Assembly (NCBI GenBank): GCA_030704615.1 | Contig: CM060733.1 | Span: forward strand, 71,362,001-71,426,000 | Direction: 5' to 3' | Source: Takakia lepidozioides | Lineage: Eukaryota > Plantae > Bryophyta | DNA: 64,000 nt | Part shown: piece after piece, positions 13,920 through 27,070 of the stretch | Position numbering within the stretch: position 1 is the first letter of the stretch | Layout of the letters: each line of letters starts with the position of its first letter | Notes under the pieces: model-generated | Seen by the model: only the letters and a program-made list of their open reading frames with translations | What the model was told of the DNA's origin: nothing | Database searches by the model: none | Program-made: the position numbers and the translations under genes

Positions 13920-15663
13920 CTTGGCATGTGAGGATGCTATGTGAGGCAGGGCAACTGAAAGAGGCTCTCCAGAATTGAAGCCAAGGAAGCATTTCAGCAG
14001 ATTCAGATACTTATGTCTGTCTCTTGCATGAGTGCATCAGGATGAAAAGCCTGGAATCCGGAAAGCATGTGCACACTCACATCATCCAGAGTGGATTCAA
14101 ACCAACTGTTTCCTACACAACACCCTTGTAAACATGTATGTTAAGTGTGGGAGCCTTGTGGATGCATACAAAGTGTTCCATAAAATGCCTGAACGCAGTT
14201 TGATCACGTGGAACATTATGATTTAACAAGCATGTGTGTGGTAAGAATGCCTTGCAGACATATGAGCAAATGATAGGGGAAGGTCTGAAGCCCAACCTTT
14301 CGTTTGTGTTTGCAGTGCATGTGCGAGCCTGGGAGTGCTGGAAAAAGGCAAAGAGGTCCTTGTGACATCATCAAAGCAGGAACCATACCAGATGTTATTC
14401 TGAGCACGGGCCTGGTGGACATGTATGCCAAATGCGACAGTATTGAGAATGCAAAGGGAGTGTTTGACAACATGGCTGAACGAGATGTGGTGTCCTGGAA
14501 TAGATGTTGCCGCAGGTTCAGCAATCTCCACAGTGCCATGGATTCTGCAGGCACCAAGCAAGGCCTTCCACACCATAGCATCTGGTTTATTGGCATTGAA
14601 TTAATAAGGTTCTCTGTCTCATCCAAATGCCCCACAGTCGAAGAAGGTCCACCATGCAGCCAAAGTGCTTTACTGTCAGAGTGACACCATGATCGTGACT
14701 CAGGCAATCAAAGTAGCGTTTTCCTACATCCAGTAGGCCAACATGGCTGCAGGCAGAGAGAACACATATGAAGGTGATACTATCCGGCATCAAGCCTTCC
14801 GTTTGCATTCCTTCTAATAGTTGCAGTGCCTTTCTATGACAACCATGCTGGGCGTATCTTGAGATCATTGCGCTCCAGGAAATCACACTTCGTTCAGCCA
14901 TATTGTTGAATAATACCTTGGCATCCTCAATGCTGCCGCATTTGGCATACATGTCCACCAGGGCAATATTCAGAATGACATCTGGTACAATTCCTTCTTT
15001 GATGATGTTTCCATGGACCTCTTTGCCCTTTTCTAGGGCTGCCAGGCATGCGCACGCATTGCAAACACAAATGAACATAACCCGGTTTGGCTTCACCCAT
15101 TCCCCCCTCATCTGCTCGTATATCTGCAAAGCCTCCATCCCACAACCATGCTGGGCGTATCCTGCAATCATCGCATGGATGAACAGGATGTTGCGACTTA
15201 TGTGTTGCTATCAAACATCTATGCCGCAGCTGGCAGGTGGGATGATACTGCAAAGATGTGAAAAATGATGGAAGTCAGAGGGGTTAGAAGGGAGCCAGAT
15301 CGCTGATGCATTGAGGTTGGCAACAAGGTGCACACCTTTGTTGTGGATGACAAATTGCATCCCCAAATTGAGCTGAGACAATTGTCTGGGCAGATGAAGG
15401 AGGCAGGGTATGATGTGGGGGAGGTGCAAAAGGAATTTTCTCTCTGCCACCACAGTGAGAAGCTAGCCATTGGTTTTGGGCTGATCAGCACGGCCCTTGG
15501 GACGCCTCTCCATCTGATCAAGAATCTTCGCCCGGTGTGTGGTGACTGCCACACAGCCACCAAGTTCATCTCAAAGATTGTTGGCCGAGCAACTGTGGTA
15601 CGGGATGCCAACCACTTTCACCACTTCGAAGATGGTGTTTGTTCTTATGGGGACTACTGGTGA
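13920..15663 (+). pseudogene. PLS-class PPR protein with E/E+/DYW deaminase domain (organellar C-to-U editing factor type), frameshifted and internally inverted
   Basis: Plus-strand PPR motifs (NTLVNMYVKCGSLVDAYKVF, LVDMYAKCDSIENAKGVFDNMAERDVVSWN) run to 14501. PPR motifs continue on the minus strand over 15174-14502. Plus-strand E domain (TYVLLSNIYAAAGRWDD) and DYW domain (HSEKLA...CGDCH...[20 protein letters not shown]) follow. Several frameshifts and stops; true 5' start uncertain. Confidence 0.92.
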
Positions 15664-16640
15664 AACTATTTTTTTCTGGAAAGGTCAAGCTGTGTATTGC
15701 TTCATGACGTGCGTATCTACTTCATTTATCCACCATTGATCCTGAAATACTGGCCATGATGCATTGTTGAGGCCACCAGGAATCATGATTCGTTTGGCCG
15801 GTTACGGAGCCTATATCAATCTTCCAAGAGCTCATAGGAGGAAAGTCAGCCCATCATTGCTCCTGACTGGAGCAGATAACTAGTGAAGGGGGAATTCTGA
15901 CTGACTCTGGTGATAGGGGTAGGAAATGAGAGTGCTGTTCTGACTGTCGTGTGGATGGTGGGGCTTCTTCAAAGTTTGAAGATGATGTGATCCCAGAGCC
16001 ATTTAGCCCATTGGAGAAATTCCAGGGTACCAATGTACACAAAGCCTCTGCACTGAAATGTAAAGAAAATACCTGTGCAATCATACATTCCATCCTTTGA
16101 ATGAGTTGCCAGCCTATCATCAATCTTTACAATCTTGGAAAGACTTCCAGACTTACAAAGCAATCAGATTCATGCCAAGCATAGACCTCCCTGAACATAT
16201 ACCAGCAAAGTAGGGGTCTTCCAGACACAAACAAATCACCTTGCAGGTCTGAGGAAGCTGTGCCTGTGACATTGCTTCCTTGTTCTTGAAAAAGCCAGCG
16301 TCTCAATTTACAGAATGCAGACGAGTATCACACCAGAGCAAGAACTCCAGAGAAAGAACAAGGAAGAACTCCACGAGAAAACTCCAGAGATGATGAACAT
16401 GGGCTTAGGGTTGCACCTGAGATATCTTTAACTAGGAAGTGATAACTCCCAGAAGCCCTACGGGCAGCATACGGAATAGCAACTTAGCTATACTTTCGCA
16501 GCCTCCTTCGCATTCTTCACAAATCAGGAACCACCATTGAAGCACTCATAACTGGGTATGCAGGGAGAAGGTGGCAATTCCCGTCTCTGCCATGATTGCA
16601 TCTCGGTTAAGCTTATCGTGTCCAGATGTTTGCGCGACAC

Positions 16641-16728
16641 TCCTTGTACCAGTATTTACGTAGTTGCCACATCAGGCTGTTCCGTCATCTGATCCTTTGT
16701 AGTTCAATTAACCCTGATTAGGGACATC
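16641..16728 (+). repeat. ~85-bp dispersed repeat, second copy at 25274-25359
   Basis: CCTTGTACCAGTATTTACGTAGTTG.CACATCAGGCTGTT.CGTCATCTGATC..TTGTAGTTCAATTAACCCTGATTAGGGACAT occurs at both positions. Confidence 0.85.
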
Positions 16729-17605
16729 AAACCATGGACATTTAGGTCCATAAAAGTTTTTCTGAGCTTGCCACCATACTGATATACATCAGATTTTTAC
16801 AGGCTCTGCTCCATACACAAAAAGGAAGGTATTTCCTAAATAGATTAGGGTCTGCTCCATGCACAATAAGGAAGTTACTTCCAGAATTCATTATGGCTGC
16901 ATTTGGATGGACCTCTCCCAGAATCGTGAAATCTGCCAGCACTGTCTTTTAACGTACTCACAGAAGGAGGAAGTGGTTTTTCCACATCCCCTCATCATCA
17001 TGGTAAAGCCAGTATTGTTGGTTTTACCCCAAAACAATTCCAGGCTGCCCCTTCATCATGATAGTATCAAACTTGAAATGCTCAAGTTAAAAAGAAAGGG
17101 GTATACTTCTCTTGGAAATCCTGGTACTGCTCCAATCCAGGCTCCAAACTCGCGACAATCTCAAATCTGGATGCTTGGGAAGGCGCTGGTAGCAAATTCG
17201 CTCTTCCATTGCAGTCCTGCCACTCCCTCGTGACCCCCATTAATTCTTGAGACAGGGAGGTAATCGATAATCGTATCGTTTCATTTTTACCACCACCACA
17301 GCCCTGATTCCAATCGAACTCCTGGCCCTGATTGCTTCGTAAGCTCTTCGTGGGGGCTGGTAGTCGCAACCTCCTTCCCCGTTCTTGAAAAAAAGTTACT
17401 CTTAACATCATATGCAGGTAAGTCGAGAGGGAGAGAACGCGGCATGCCCTCTCCTCTCAATGAATGAAATCCGTAAAGGGATAGTATCTTGTGATTTCCT
17501 GATACCGTGTATCTTGCTTCTGTTGGATTTTTCCATAATCGTACATACCTTGTACTTGTAGACATTTGTCCACTGTAGTAGGTTGACACGTGCCCTGCCT
17601 ATGGG

Positions 17606-17829
17606 CTTATCATTGATCAGTAGCCCAAAATAGGTCTGCCACCTTATTACTTAATTAGAGATCTTTAGATCATAGGTCAGCCACCTTATTACCCTGAACA
17701 AAGTTTACAGGGTGTGCTTATCATTGATCAGTAGCCCAAAATAGGTCTGCCACCTTTTTACCTGATTAGAGATCTTTAGATCATAGGTCAGCCACCTTAT
17801 TACCCTGAACAGAAAGTTTAACAGGGTGT
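17606..17829 (+). repeat. Tandem duplication, ~111-bp unit x2
   Basis: GCTTATCATTGATCAGTAGCCCAAAATAGGTCTGCCACC...ACAGGGTGT repeated back to back; each unit has an internal AGGTC.GCCACCTT subrepeat. Confidence 0.9.
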
Positions 17830-19494
17830 TTAAAGGAGCATAAAAATAAAAAACCAATCTGCCAAGGATTGCAGAGAGAGGGAAGATATTCACATCATGT
17901 CAAGACATGGACAAGACCCATAAGGGTTATTGTCAATCAAAGACATAAACAGCCCTGGATAGGGCACTATCTCACATTTCCAGTCTTGTCAAATCATCCC
18001 GAAAGACACCACCCAATCATCCAAGACAAAACAGGGTGGGAGGGCGGGGTTTGTTCTTGTTTGGGACAAGATAAGATATTGTTGTCCCTGTGCATGCTGC
18101 AAGGCCTCTTGGTTCAGCCTGTACATATATCAGCAGCTTACCAATTTAGCCAATAATTATGGCAGGTCATGCATCAGCCAAGGCATAAGGACCAGCCTGC
18201 ATTTTGTCAGAATCTCAATATACCACCAAGCAGTCCAACTTGAGCCAGATGAAGTAGATTCCATATCATTTGTATTCACCCCGAGACATGTGATCATACA
18301 AGGTATCAAAGGAATGTGAATGTGTCAGATTGCAGGTTCAAGACTTGTACCAACAAACAGCATGAACAGCCGAGATCCATCCTCTTTTGTATAAAAAACA
18401 GATGGCAGGTTATAGGCCTGATGTCATGACAGATCCAAAACAATAGGTAGGATTCCATTGCTTACCATCCTCATCCTTCAAGAGTTCCATGCTAAGACAT
18501 GCAAAGAACATCTTACTACGATCCAGTACACATCAGAAGTAGGCCTGACAAGGAGCAGGGCAGTACCCTACCAGGCTGCCGCCTTAAACTTCAAGGCCAT
18601 CAGATCCATAGTTACCCAAAACCGCCAAAAACATACCACCAAAAATCAGATCATCTTTGGCCAAAATAACTTACAACTTAGCTTAGTAATCCACAGGCTG
18701 TGCTGTCAAAGATTAAAAGGTAGGGTATGGTTTGTATGCAAGTCTCAGGAAACAAGCCCGTCAGGTCGAGCTGCGCATCAGCGGCAGAACGACAAAGGCC
18801 AGAACGCAGGTTGGAGCATATCAAGTCAAGGGCAGTTGGGTTGAAATCGGGGCTGCAGCCAGCAGCCACCTCACAGCGCGCACAACCCTAGGTCTCTTCA
18901 GCCCATATCCCAATCTGCATGCTCAAGAAACTTCAAAGTAGGTAAGGATCCTCAGCTGGTCCCATCACAAGCCCCCACAAAAACCAACAGGTTAGTGAGG
19001 ATTGTGGAACCCCAGGTGAATCACAAACCCTCACACTTGTCATCGATGTCAACTAAGAAACTCAAAAGCAAGAAAAAGAGATAAGAACATGAGAATCCCT
19101 AAACTCCAAAGGCACCTTAAACGATTGGGGAAGAGGATTATGCGCCATCACCACCCGCAACAAGCCGCCTCCACAAAGCACATAAGCAATGAAGCAAAGC
19201 AGGCACAATCGCAAGGCACTAGAAAGGAGGGAAAGAACTTCCCATCATAAACATCCTTGCTAAGCACAGAAAAAACCAGAGGAGGGAAGATGCCATTGCT
19301 TTCATAACGGTGTTTCCCGCTGCAAGAGAGACAAGGCGCCGCCTTCGCGCCCCCCCAGGCGCTTGTCCAGCATGGGTACGACACCACAAACAGGACAGCC
19401 GCCGAAGCATGCCCGCCATAACACTCTCCTCGCGAGCTCAGAAGCACATCGCGTGCTTCTGACAGCAGGAGAGACGACATAGGGTTGTCCCCCG

Positions 19495-20020
19495 ATTATT
19501 CATCCGTGGATGAAAAACAGTAAGACGAATCCATATACCCTGACGGATTTCATCCGCAGCAAGGTTAAAAATAGGTTTTGGGGTAGGGGTTAGGGTTTCC
19601 ACCGTAATTAATCAGAATTAAGGGTAGGAAAGATCAATTCTAGGCCATAATCATATCATCCGTAGACAGATCATTTGTGTCACGATGAAAAAGTAGGGAA
19701 TATCATCCGTGGCAGCGCCTTACCTCCATCTAGGTAATTCTATCATTCCTTACCAGACCATCCGGTATGGATAAAAAGAGTCAATAAAAGAGGAATGAAA
19801 AATTATCACCCTGGTAGTTTTTCATCCGGTACGGATATAAAAACAGGATGTTGTTGGCAACCTCCATAGAGGTAATTCTTTTCTTCCATGGTGACTCATC
19901 CGATATGGATGAGAGTCAATAGAGGAGGAATGAAAAGGCCAAAAGAACCATCCTAGAGGTAATTCAGTGTCCATCCTGGTGGCTCATCCGGTATGGATGA
20001 AAAAGCCTGATAGAGGATGA
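19495..20020. repeat. Array of short palindromes TCATCC(N)nGGATGA, like DNA-transposon subterminal repeats
   Basis: Full or half copies near 19500, 19549, 19656, 19703, 19758, 19822, 19896 and 19984. Confidence 0.7.
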
Positions 20021-20065
20021 GAAAACAAAAAATCAACACTGATAGCAAACTGCCAATTCCCAGTA

Positions 20066-20214
20066 GAGAGGGAGACAGAGGGAGAGAGGGGGCAACAAAG
20101 AAAAGAAAAAAAGGTGGCGGGGTGTGATTGAGCAGCAGCTGCTGAGTCACTCCCCCCCACCCTTTTTTTTTTTTTTTTTTTTGGTTTCCTGATCTCTCCC
20201 TCTCTCTCCCTCTC
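20066..20214. repeat. ~150-bp imperfect palindrome centred on CAGCAGCTGCTG
   Basis: Left arm GAGAGGGAGACAGAGGGAGAGA..A-rich..GGTGGCGGGGTGTGATTGAGCAG pairs with right arm CTGCTGAGTCACTCCCCCCCACCC..T-rich..TCTCTCCCTCTCTCTCCCTCTC. Confidence 0.75.
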
Positions 20215-22533
20215 TTTTGTGCTACTCACAAAAAAGAAAAAAAACAGAGAGGGAGAGAGGGGGCAGATAAAAGATAAAGATTCTTTAACGTCCAGTGAAT
20301 TTACAGAACCTACTGCTCAACACACAGGCCATCGAGGGCCCGGTCTGAAGGCACATGTTGAAGGATTGAACCCAGGATCACCTAGGTTATGCACAGGCAA
20401 GGCACAAACACCCAACCACTCGTGCCTTGCTTAGCAAGGCTGTATTGACAGTATCCTGTCATGACAAGACAAGCATTCGGAATGAGTTTGGAATATAAGA
20501 GTAAGCCTTCAACGCCCAGGGGTAATGGGCACATACCACGTTGGATGTGGTTGTGGGTTCAAACCACAGTCTGGTGTGTCATGAAGGTGTCCACCTTTCA
20601 GCTGGAAGGCAGTAGCCCTTGTGGTGAAGTGACACCATAAGTTACCTCCCTTCAGGAGGCGTCATACTTTAAGCCTTCAACATGTTCATAGTCTGAATCA
20701 GTTGACAAACAGGTATTCAGTAGGTTATCCTTACCAAAGCAAGTAAGCCAGACAGGATATTGACCATACTCAATTAGCCCTGTCAAAATGTTATGAAGCT
20801 GCATGCCTTTGTATCCTTAGTGTTTCCATATCCCATGCTGGAAAACTCAGTCCATGTAAAGTGATCACAATACTGGATAACAACAGATATGTATATATCT
20901 GGTGTTTCCTCACGTTGTTGTTATAAAATAAAAACCTTTCATGGTTTCAACCACATAACATACCGGATGTTAACCATGGTGGAAGCTAAATAAGTGCCTT
21001 ATGTAATTGGTTCAAACCATGTCAAACCAGGTCTGTGTTGACAAAGAATATAGTAAAAACTATGTTGGAAGTATCTCAATCAGACCTTTTCATCACCCAT
21101 GCCAAGTAACCTTCAGCCCTGAAAAGACTCCTCGTGTGTGGAGAACGGGGTGGGTGGTGGGGTCTTTGAGGAACCATTAAGAGTAGGATATAGTTTTATC
21201 TAATCCTCTCCTAGTAGAGATGTAACAATCCTGTCATTTAAATCCGAGTAAACCCAAAAAGATAGAGTGGAGGGATTTGTAATTCCTCTCTCCAACCTCT
21301 AGTAACTCGGATTCACTGTAAGCTGAAACTGTTAATTATAGAAAAAATAACAGTTTAGCTTAGCAGATGTATATCCAGTGATTGCTTCACAAAATTCAGT
21401 GATCAGAAAACTGTGTTCAGTTTCCTATGCATCTAATCCTAGTTCAATTAGGAATAACTTGATGCATATAGGTACTTGTGGTTAAAGGTAGAAAAAGAAC
21501 AAACACATCTGTGTTTAGTAGCATCTTGTTGCAGGTAATGAGGCCAGCCACGCTCCAAGTGTAGCTGCCTTACTGTAAAGTACTTGAGTAGCATCTGAAC
21601 AGGCTAAAAAAGTTAAAGGGTTACCAGACAAATGGAAGCCCTCACCTGCACCCGTCCCAAAAATTACCACAGACATTAGTGTGTGGGTTAGTGAGGATGT
21701 GCAAGGTGAATAGCAGGTTTCCATACATGCTATAGATGTCGATCTGGTAACCAAAACAGCATAGAGCAGTTCAAATGAATAATATCCTCCACCACATAAT
21801 AGGTCTAATGGGGTTGAACAAGCAAAATCTTGCTGTATCCTTCTCCATCACCATGTGGGTTTGTGGCAGTAGTATTGCCTGTGACACGAATCTTTCCAAT
21901 CTTTGAAAGATTTCCAGACATACTAAGTACCCTAATTCATGCAAATTTGCAGAGAGGGTGAAGACAGTACTCCCTGCATATCTCCAAACAAAGCATGGGT
22001 TCCAGTGTTGTGACACATACAGAACCATAGTAGTAAGGTGTTCATTGGGGGAAGTGAAAATCCAAAATAGGTTTAATCATACACCAACTATTATCCTCCA
22101 TCACCTTGCAGGTTTGTGGAAGCGGTGCTTGCAGTGGCATTTCGCTTCCCTGTCTCTGAAAGATCGCCAAGTTTCCCTCGGGATACACTGAAGAGAAAGT
22201 AAAGAGAGTGAGGAGAACTCCCCTGAAAGAAACTAGAATAGCCTCTGGAACTTTTCAGCATATGTTTCCAGGGTTGTGAAACATGCAGGTCCAAAAAACT
22301 AGTGTACAAGGGGAGGGAGATGGTGGTTCCTCCATAATCCCAAATGATGGTAATGCTGGTCATGTTACCAGTTACTCTACCGTGAACTTCTCATGGCAAC
22401 CATGTCACAGAAATGATTGTACCAGAATTGACAGGTTGAACAGGGCAGGGAGGAGAATACTTCCCTTGTGAACTCCCTCGTGACTCCTTTCACAGCCACG
22501 GCCAAAAAGCATGCTACCCTGTGATCTGCCCTT

Positions 22534-22910
22534 GTGCAGAAAATCTGGACGTGTTCCAAGTGCCCTCCTGGCACTGTTTTACAAGGACATAGTCTTGTTC
22601 TACACGTTGATAGACTCCTCAATTTGGGCCAATGCACGTTGACGAAGATTGCCGAAGACATGGGATTGAGCACACAAACATTAAGGAGGAGGTTAGTGGC
22701 GCAGGGGTGGCAAGGAGTTCATGCCCAACTTGAAGCTGAAGAATTGCAAGCAACTGTTCAAAATGTCATCCCATTAGATAGGGCAGGTTGCAACTTTGGC
22801 ATCTCAGCTGTGCAAGCGTTATTGCGGAGAACCAATGGAGTAAGAGTGCCTCGAAGACATGTTAGAGACACCTTGCGCTCACTGCAGCCACAACATATGG
22901 TGCGCAGGGA
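22534..22910 (+). mobile_element. Truncated N-terminus of an IS481EU/GingerRoot-like integrase-type transposase
   Basis: HTH LTKIAEDMGLSTQTLRRRL followed by G.SAVQALLRRTNGVRVPRRHVRDTLRSLQPQHMVRR, the pattern that precedes the integrase core in that family. Similarity stops before the catalytic core. Confidence 0.5.
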
Positions 22911-25389
22911 GGTTGGGAGTGTACAGCCCCATACTTGCTTACGCCTGGAAATAACCCGTTTCATCCAAAACGGCGATACACATCCATAGTATAATTTTTT
23001 GGCGTATAAAGCCGTTAATCCATTACAATGATGTCTAGGTTAAGGTTAGTTTAGGCCGGTGGCTTGATCCTGGCCCTTCATCAGATCTAGGGCTACAAAG
23101 CAGCGCTGTGGGCTCTGGCCTATGATACCTCGCCACGCGACAGGCCACCATGGTTAGGGCTTTTGTATAAAGACGGTGCCCTGACACAAGGGTCAGGGCA
23201 CTGTATTCAGGTGTTAGTGTATATGTGATTTGGGTGTACAAACTTTGGATGAGAGCTCCTGTGTGTGTCAGATCCGCTCGCTTGATCCTCCTCTTGCGCA
23301 TTGCCTGCTCTTTCGCTTGCCCCCCTTTGTTGTGAAAACACGTTTCTTGAGAAGAAGGGAGTATATGCTTCAGGCTCGTTTTGTGGTGGAGACGTCGGGT
23401 AGCGTTTAGGTGTTTTAGCATCCACCGCCCACCCTCACACCATTTGCTGGGTTGTTGAGGGACATGCGCGCTAATCTTTGCTTTTGCTCTTTAATCAGTC
23501 TTGTCTGATGGCGGCCAGCCACCTTGCGATGTTTTCTCCTGCTATTTTGTATTTGCCTTCTCACCCTGCTCGTTGTGTTGTGCTACAGGACGATAGATTC
23601 GGTACGTAGTTCTAGCTGTGTAGCACGCAGAGAGGGAGAAAGTCTGTCTGTGCAAGTTCATTTGGTTCTTGAAATTGTGACTGACCCTGCTTTAGCAACT
23701 GATCTTGCTGTCACTAACCCCTCTCGACGTGCGCTGCTTGGCATTGTTGCCTCGCCAGTGTCACCCCTGCCTGAACCCAGCATTGTTGGTCCTGGTCTTG
23801 TCGTGCAGTTGAATTCAAATAATCCTAGACATGATGTTGATGTGAATGAGGATGAGATCTGGTCACCAAGAGATGCGAGGTCACCCAGCTCTTTAGATAG
23901 TTGCGATCCTGAGTACTATAATTTTGACAATTTCTATGATCCAGGTCCTGATTACGAGTGTCCGAGAGAACGAGAGAGAGAGTTTGAGAGAGATATTGAG
24001 CGCTCTCAGAAGTATGATGAGTCTCTAGGGGAATTGCTTCCGGAGGATGTGCAGTGGTTTGAAAAGTTTGAAGCATCTGTGCGCAAGGATGCTCGACGTC
24101 TAAACAGTCATCACAAAGCAATTTTTGTGCGCCCTGGGTCTAGTTCTGGCTCTGGGAGAGAGAGTGCGTTGTGCCAGACCTGAGCCGTCGTGGCTGTTAG
24201 AAACTCCATGTGCTTGAGACCGGAGGTGTTCAAGGCTCGTCTTCTTCATCATCGACAAGTGGCCTGGGAAGCGCTCGGGCTCCACCTACCATTGTCAGTT
24301 CGCCGAGAGTCAGGCATGTGGCAGACGACCGAACGGACAGCAGGCTCATGGCTCTCATTGCTGCTTGAAGGCTCTGGAGCCTTGTTGTTGCGGGCTCTTC
24401 GATTTCACGCCCGGGTCTATCGTCACAAGCCCACGACGGTGGACTTGGTGGATGGTCTCGTGGGAGGTAGTTTGCATGTCCAGTCTTCCGACATCGTGAT
24501 TTTGCCAAGTATCTGCTTTGAAGAACAACGTGTCCTTTGCCCTTGCGTTGCAGATCACCTAGATAGTTTTCCCAACTCCTCAGTGTTGTCCCGGACGTGG
24601 GAAGACAACGGCACGACGCGGGTGGGCTTATGGGTTAAGGACGAGAGGATGATTGCCTCGAATCTGGACACAGGGAGTGGGCTGATAGCAATTTTACTAT
24701 TCCATCGCAGCCTCCTTCCTAGTTCTTGAAACAGATTACTCATAACAGAATACGCAGGTAATTCTCTTTAGTATGCATCATATCATAACAGAAACACGCA
24801 GGTAATTCTCTTCAGTATGCATCATAGCTCAACAAGGATCTTTGTCGTGCTAAAGATCATACCAAAAGCTCATCATAAGTGGAACGCATTGTCCATGACG
24901 TAAACAGACATGTTCAGCCATTTTGTACACACCACTTGGGTTGTAACGTAATGGGTCAGGGGTTCAAACTTTCATCCCATTAGAAAAGACTTTTCTTTGA
25001 AGACGGAATTAAATCGAACATGATTTAACATCCAGGATAATTTCTATCCAAAGTAGTACTCATCCAGCGTTATTCAGATCTAGAAGAACCAGGTTAAAAG
25101 CAACCCACGATGGGTAATAGGCTCAACACCTGTCAGTGACATGAAATCCAACCCCCACTAGAAATGAAGTACCTGAGTTCAATGGTTTACCCTGATTAGG
25201 GACCCTTAAAAAATAGGTTTGTCATCATATCAAGGACCTTGCTTAACCCTGATAGGGATCATTAAATAAAAGGCCTTGTACCAGTATTTACGTAGTTGTC
25301 ACATCAGGCTGTTACGTCATCTGATCACTTGTAGTTCAATTAACCCTGATTAGGGACATGCTTCAATGCTGACTTGTACATGTGTACTG

Positions 25390-26725
25390 CAGGATCTGGA
25401 GCTAGAAGAGAACGTTGCAATGCCAAATGTGAACATGTCTGAGGCCGTGCATGCGAGCTGGCAAGCTGGGAGCGGTGTATCGAAGGTCGACCTCTATACA
25501 GCCATCAGGAACGACTTGACAAGGGCAATTATGCAATTGTGTGACTACCACAGTTATCTGAAGGGTGGAGCAAAGGGTTCCGGACCCGACCGGGCACAAC
25601 TGCTAGCCCGTGCTGCATCGCGATTGTCTGATCCAGCTAAAATGGCAGAAGCGATCAGGTCTTTCGTAGATGGCACTGAGCTTCATGGACGAAATCCAGG
25701 GCTCGAAGGTGATCTCATAACTCGCACAACAAAACGGAAGATTGTTCTCGGCAACTTACAGGAAGAGGAACCCGTTCACTCCTGGAGGTCTGATTTAAAC
25801 CTCCGAACGACACCGAGACATCGTGAAGGTGCTGGTGGACCAAAAGTGTCCACATGCACTACTGACATGTCCGTGGAGAATTTGGAGGATGATCTTTCAG
25901 TTCAGAACAAAAAGCCAGTTTTGGAGTCGCTGTGTCCACGGCATGCTGGCACATAGCACGAACTCCTAACACATCACGGGTGAAGTGCTGGGCAGTGCGG
26001 AAAGACATGCAAACATGAAATCATATCACTCCAGAGTTTGGGTGTTCCGGCTCCGAGGTTTGTTGGTCGGCACCACCCTCCTGCCCTGGTGAAGCCGAAG
26101 ATGATGAAGATTTGGCATTGCCCAACAGACATCGTCTACTGTGTCAGTGATGATTCTAGCCAGTATGTGCTGGACAGACCTGATATTCCGAATGTTTGGC
26201 CTGTGATGGTTGGGACGAACCTAAGTCAGGCAGAGGTTGACTCTTTCACAAAAGCAAGCTTTTGACTTGTTCCCCCAGATGACGTGGGTAATTCCCAAGG
26301 TGAATGAGACTATGTTGCGGAAAATATCAATAATCTGGATGCGGACTCGTACGTGACGAAAATGTGGGACAGAGTATACCGGCGGAAGAAACGATCAGCA
26401 ATCGCTCGTAAGAAGATGGAGTTAGCTCAGTCTTTGCAGGCCACGGTGCAATCATTCAAGGATGTTCCATGCCCGAGAATTGGACGTGTGTACACACTAT
26501 GCACACCGGGATCAGCAAAAGCAGGGGAGGTCTACAATGTTTGCATCTCTAAAAGTCCGGAGTGCACATGCCCTGATTTTGATAAAATGAAGAAATCAAA
26601 ATGACCCTACACCCACTGCAAGCACTTATACTATATTATGCTGCGACATTTGAAGATGCGGGAAGACCAGGAGGTCATCAATCACGCAACTCTGACAGTA
26701 TCTGAAGTCAGGGGTATGTTAGTTC
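25390..26725 (+). mobile_element. Decayed SWIM-zinc-finger transposase-like gene (Mutator/Zisupton-like), C-terminal part
   Basis: PNVNMSEAVHASW (NxxExxH, resembling the catalytic Glu region of MULE-type DDE enzymes) and SWIM motif YNVCISKSPECTCPDF...CKHLYYI (CxC...CxH) with an in-frame stop. ORF fragments at 23524-24729 may be its 5' part. Confidence 0.55.
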
Positions 26726-26786
26726 GTGATCCCTGTCCTTGGGTCCCATAGAGCCGCATTGGATATCCTGCATGTTTGGAATCTTT

Positions 26787-27070
26787 GTAGTCTGTTCCGA
26801 TTACAAAGTGCATGACAACTTGGATTATCTTGTGAACTCCAACTCTTTCCACGGATAAGGTCTTTTTTTAACAGGTTTGGAAACATGGACATGCTTGGAA
26901 TATTCATAGTCTGTGCCGACTACAAAGTGTATGACCATTTGGATGAATTAGTTAACTCCAACTTTTTGTTCAGATAAGCTCATTTTTCAACTACCACTTT
27001 TTTGCAATCAAATATGAGTCCATATCCATCTTCTTTCACTTAATTCTTGTAGTCTGTGCCGACTACAAGA
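26787..27070. repeat. Three copies of a TAGTCTGT(G/T)CCGA(C/T)TACAA motif, ~120-140-bp spacing
   Basis: Copies at about 26788, 26907 and 27050; the first two extend into ~60 bp of shared downstream sequence. Confidence 0.7.

Noticed and set aside
24741-24826. ~43-bp tandem duplication; a similar one lies in the intron at 58775-58905
   Set aside because: Ordinary local slippage duplications with no further structure.
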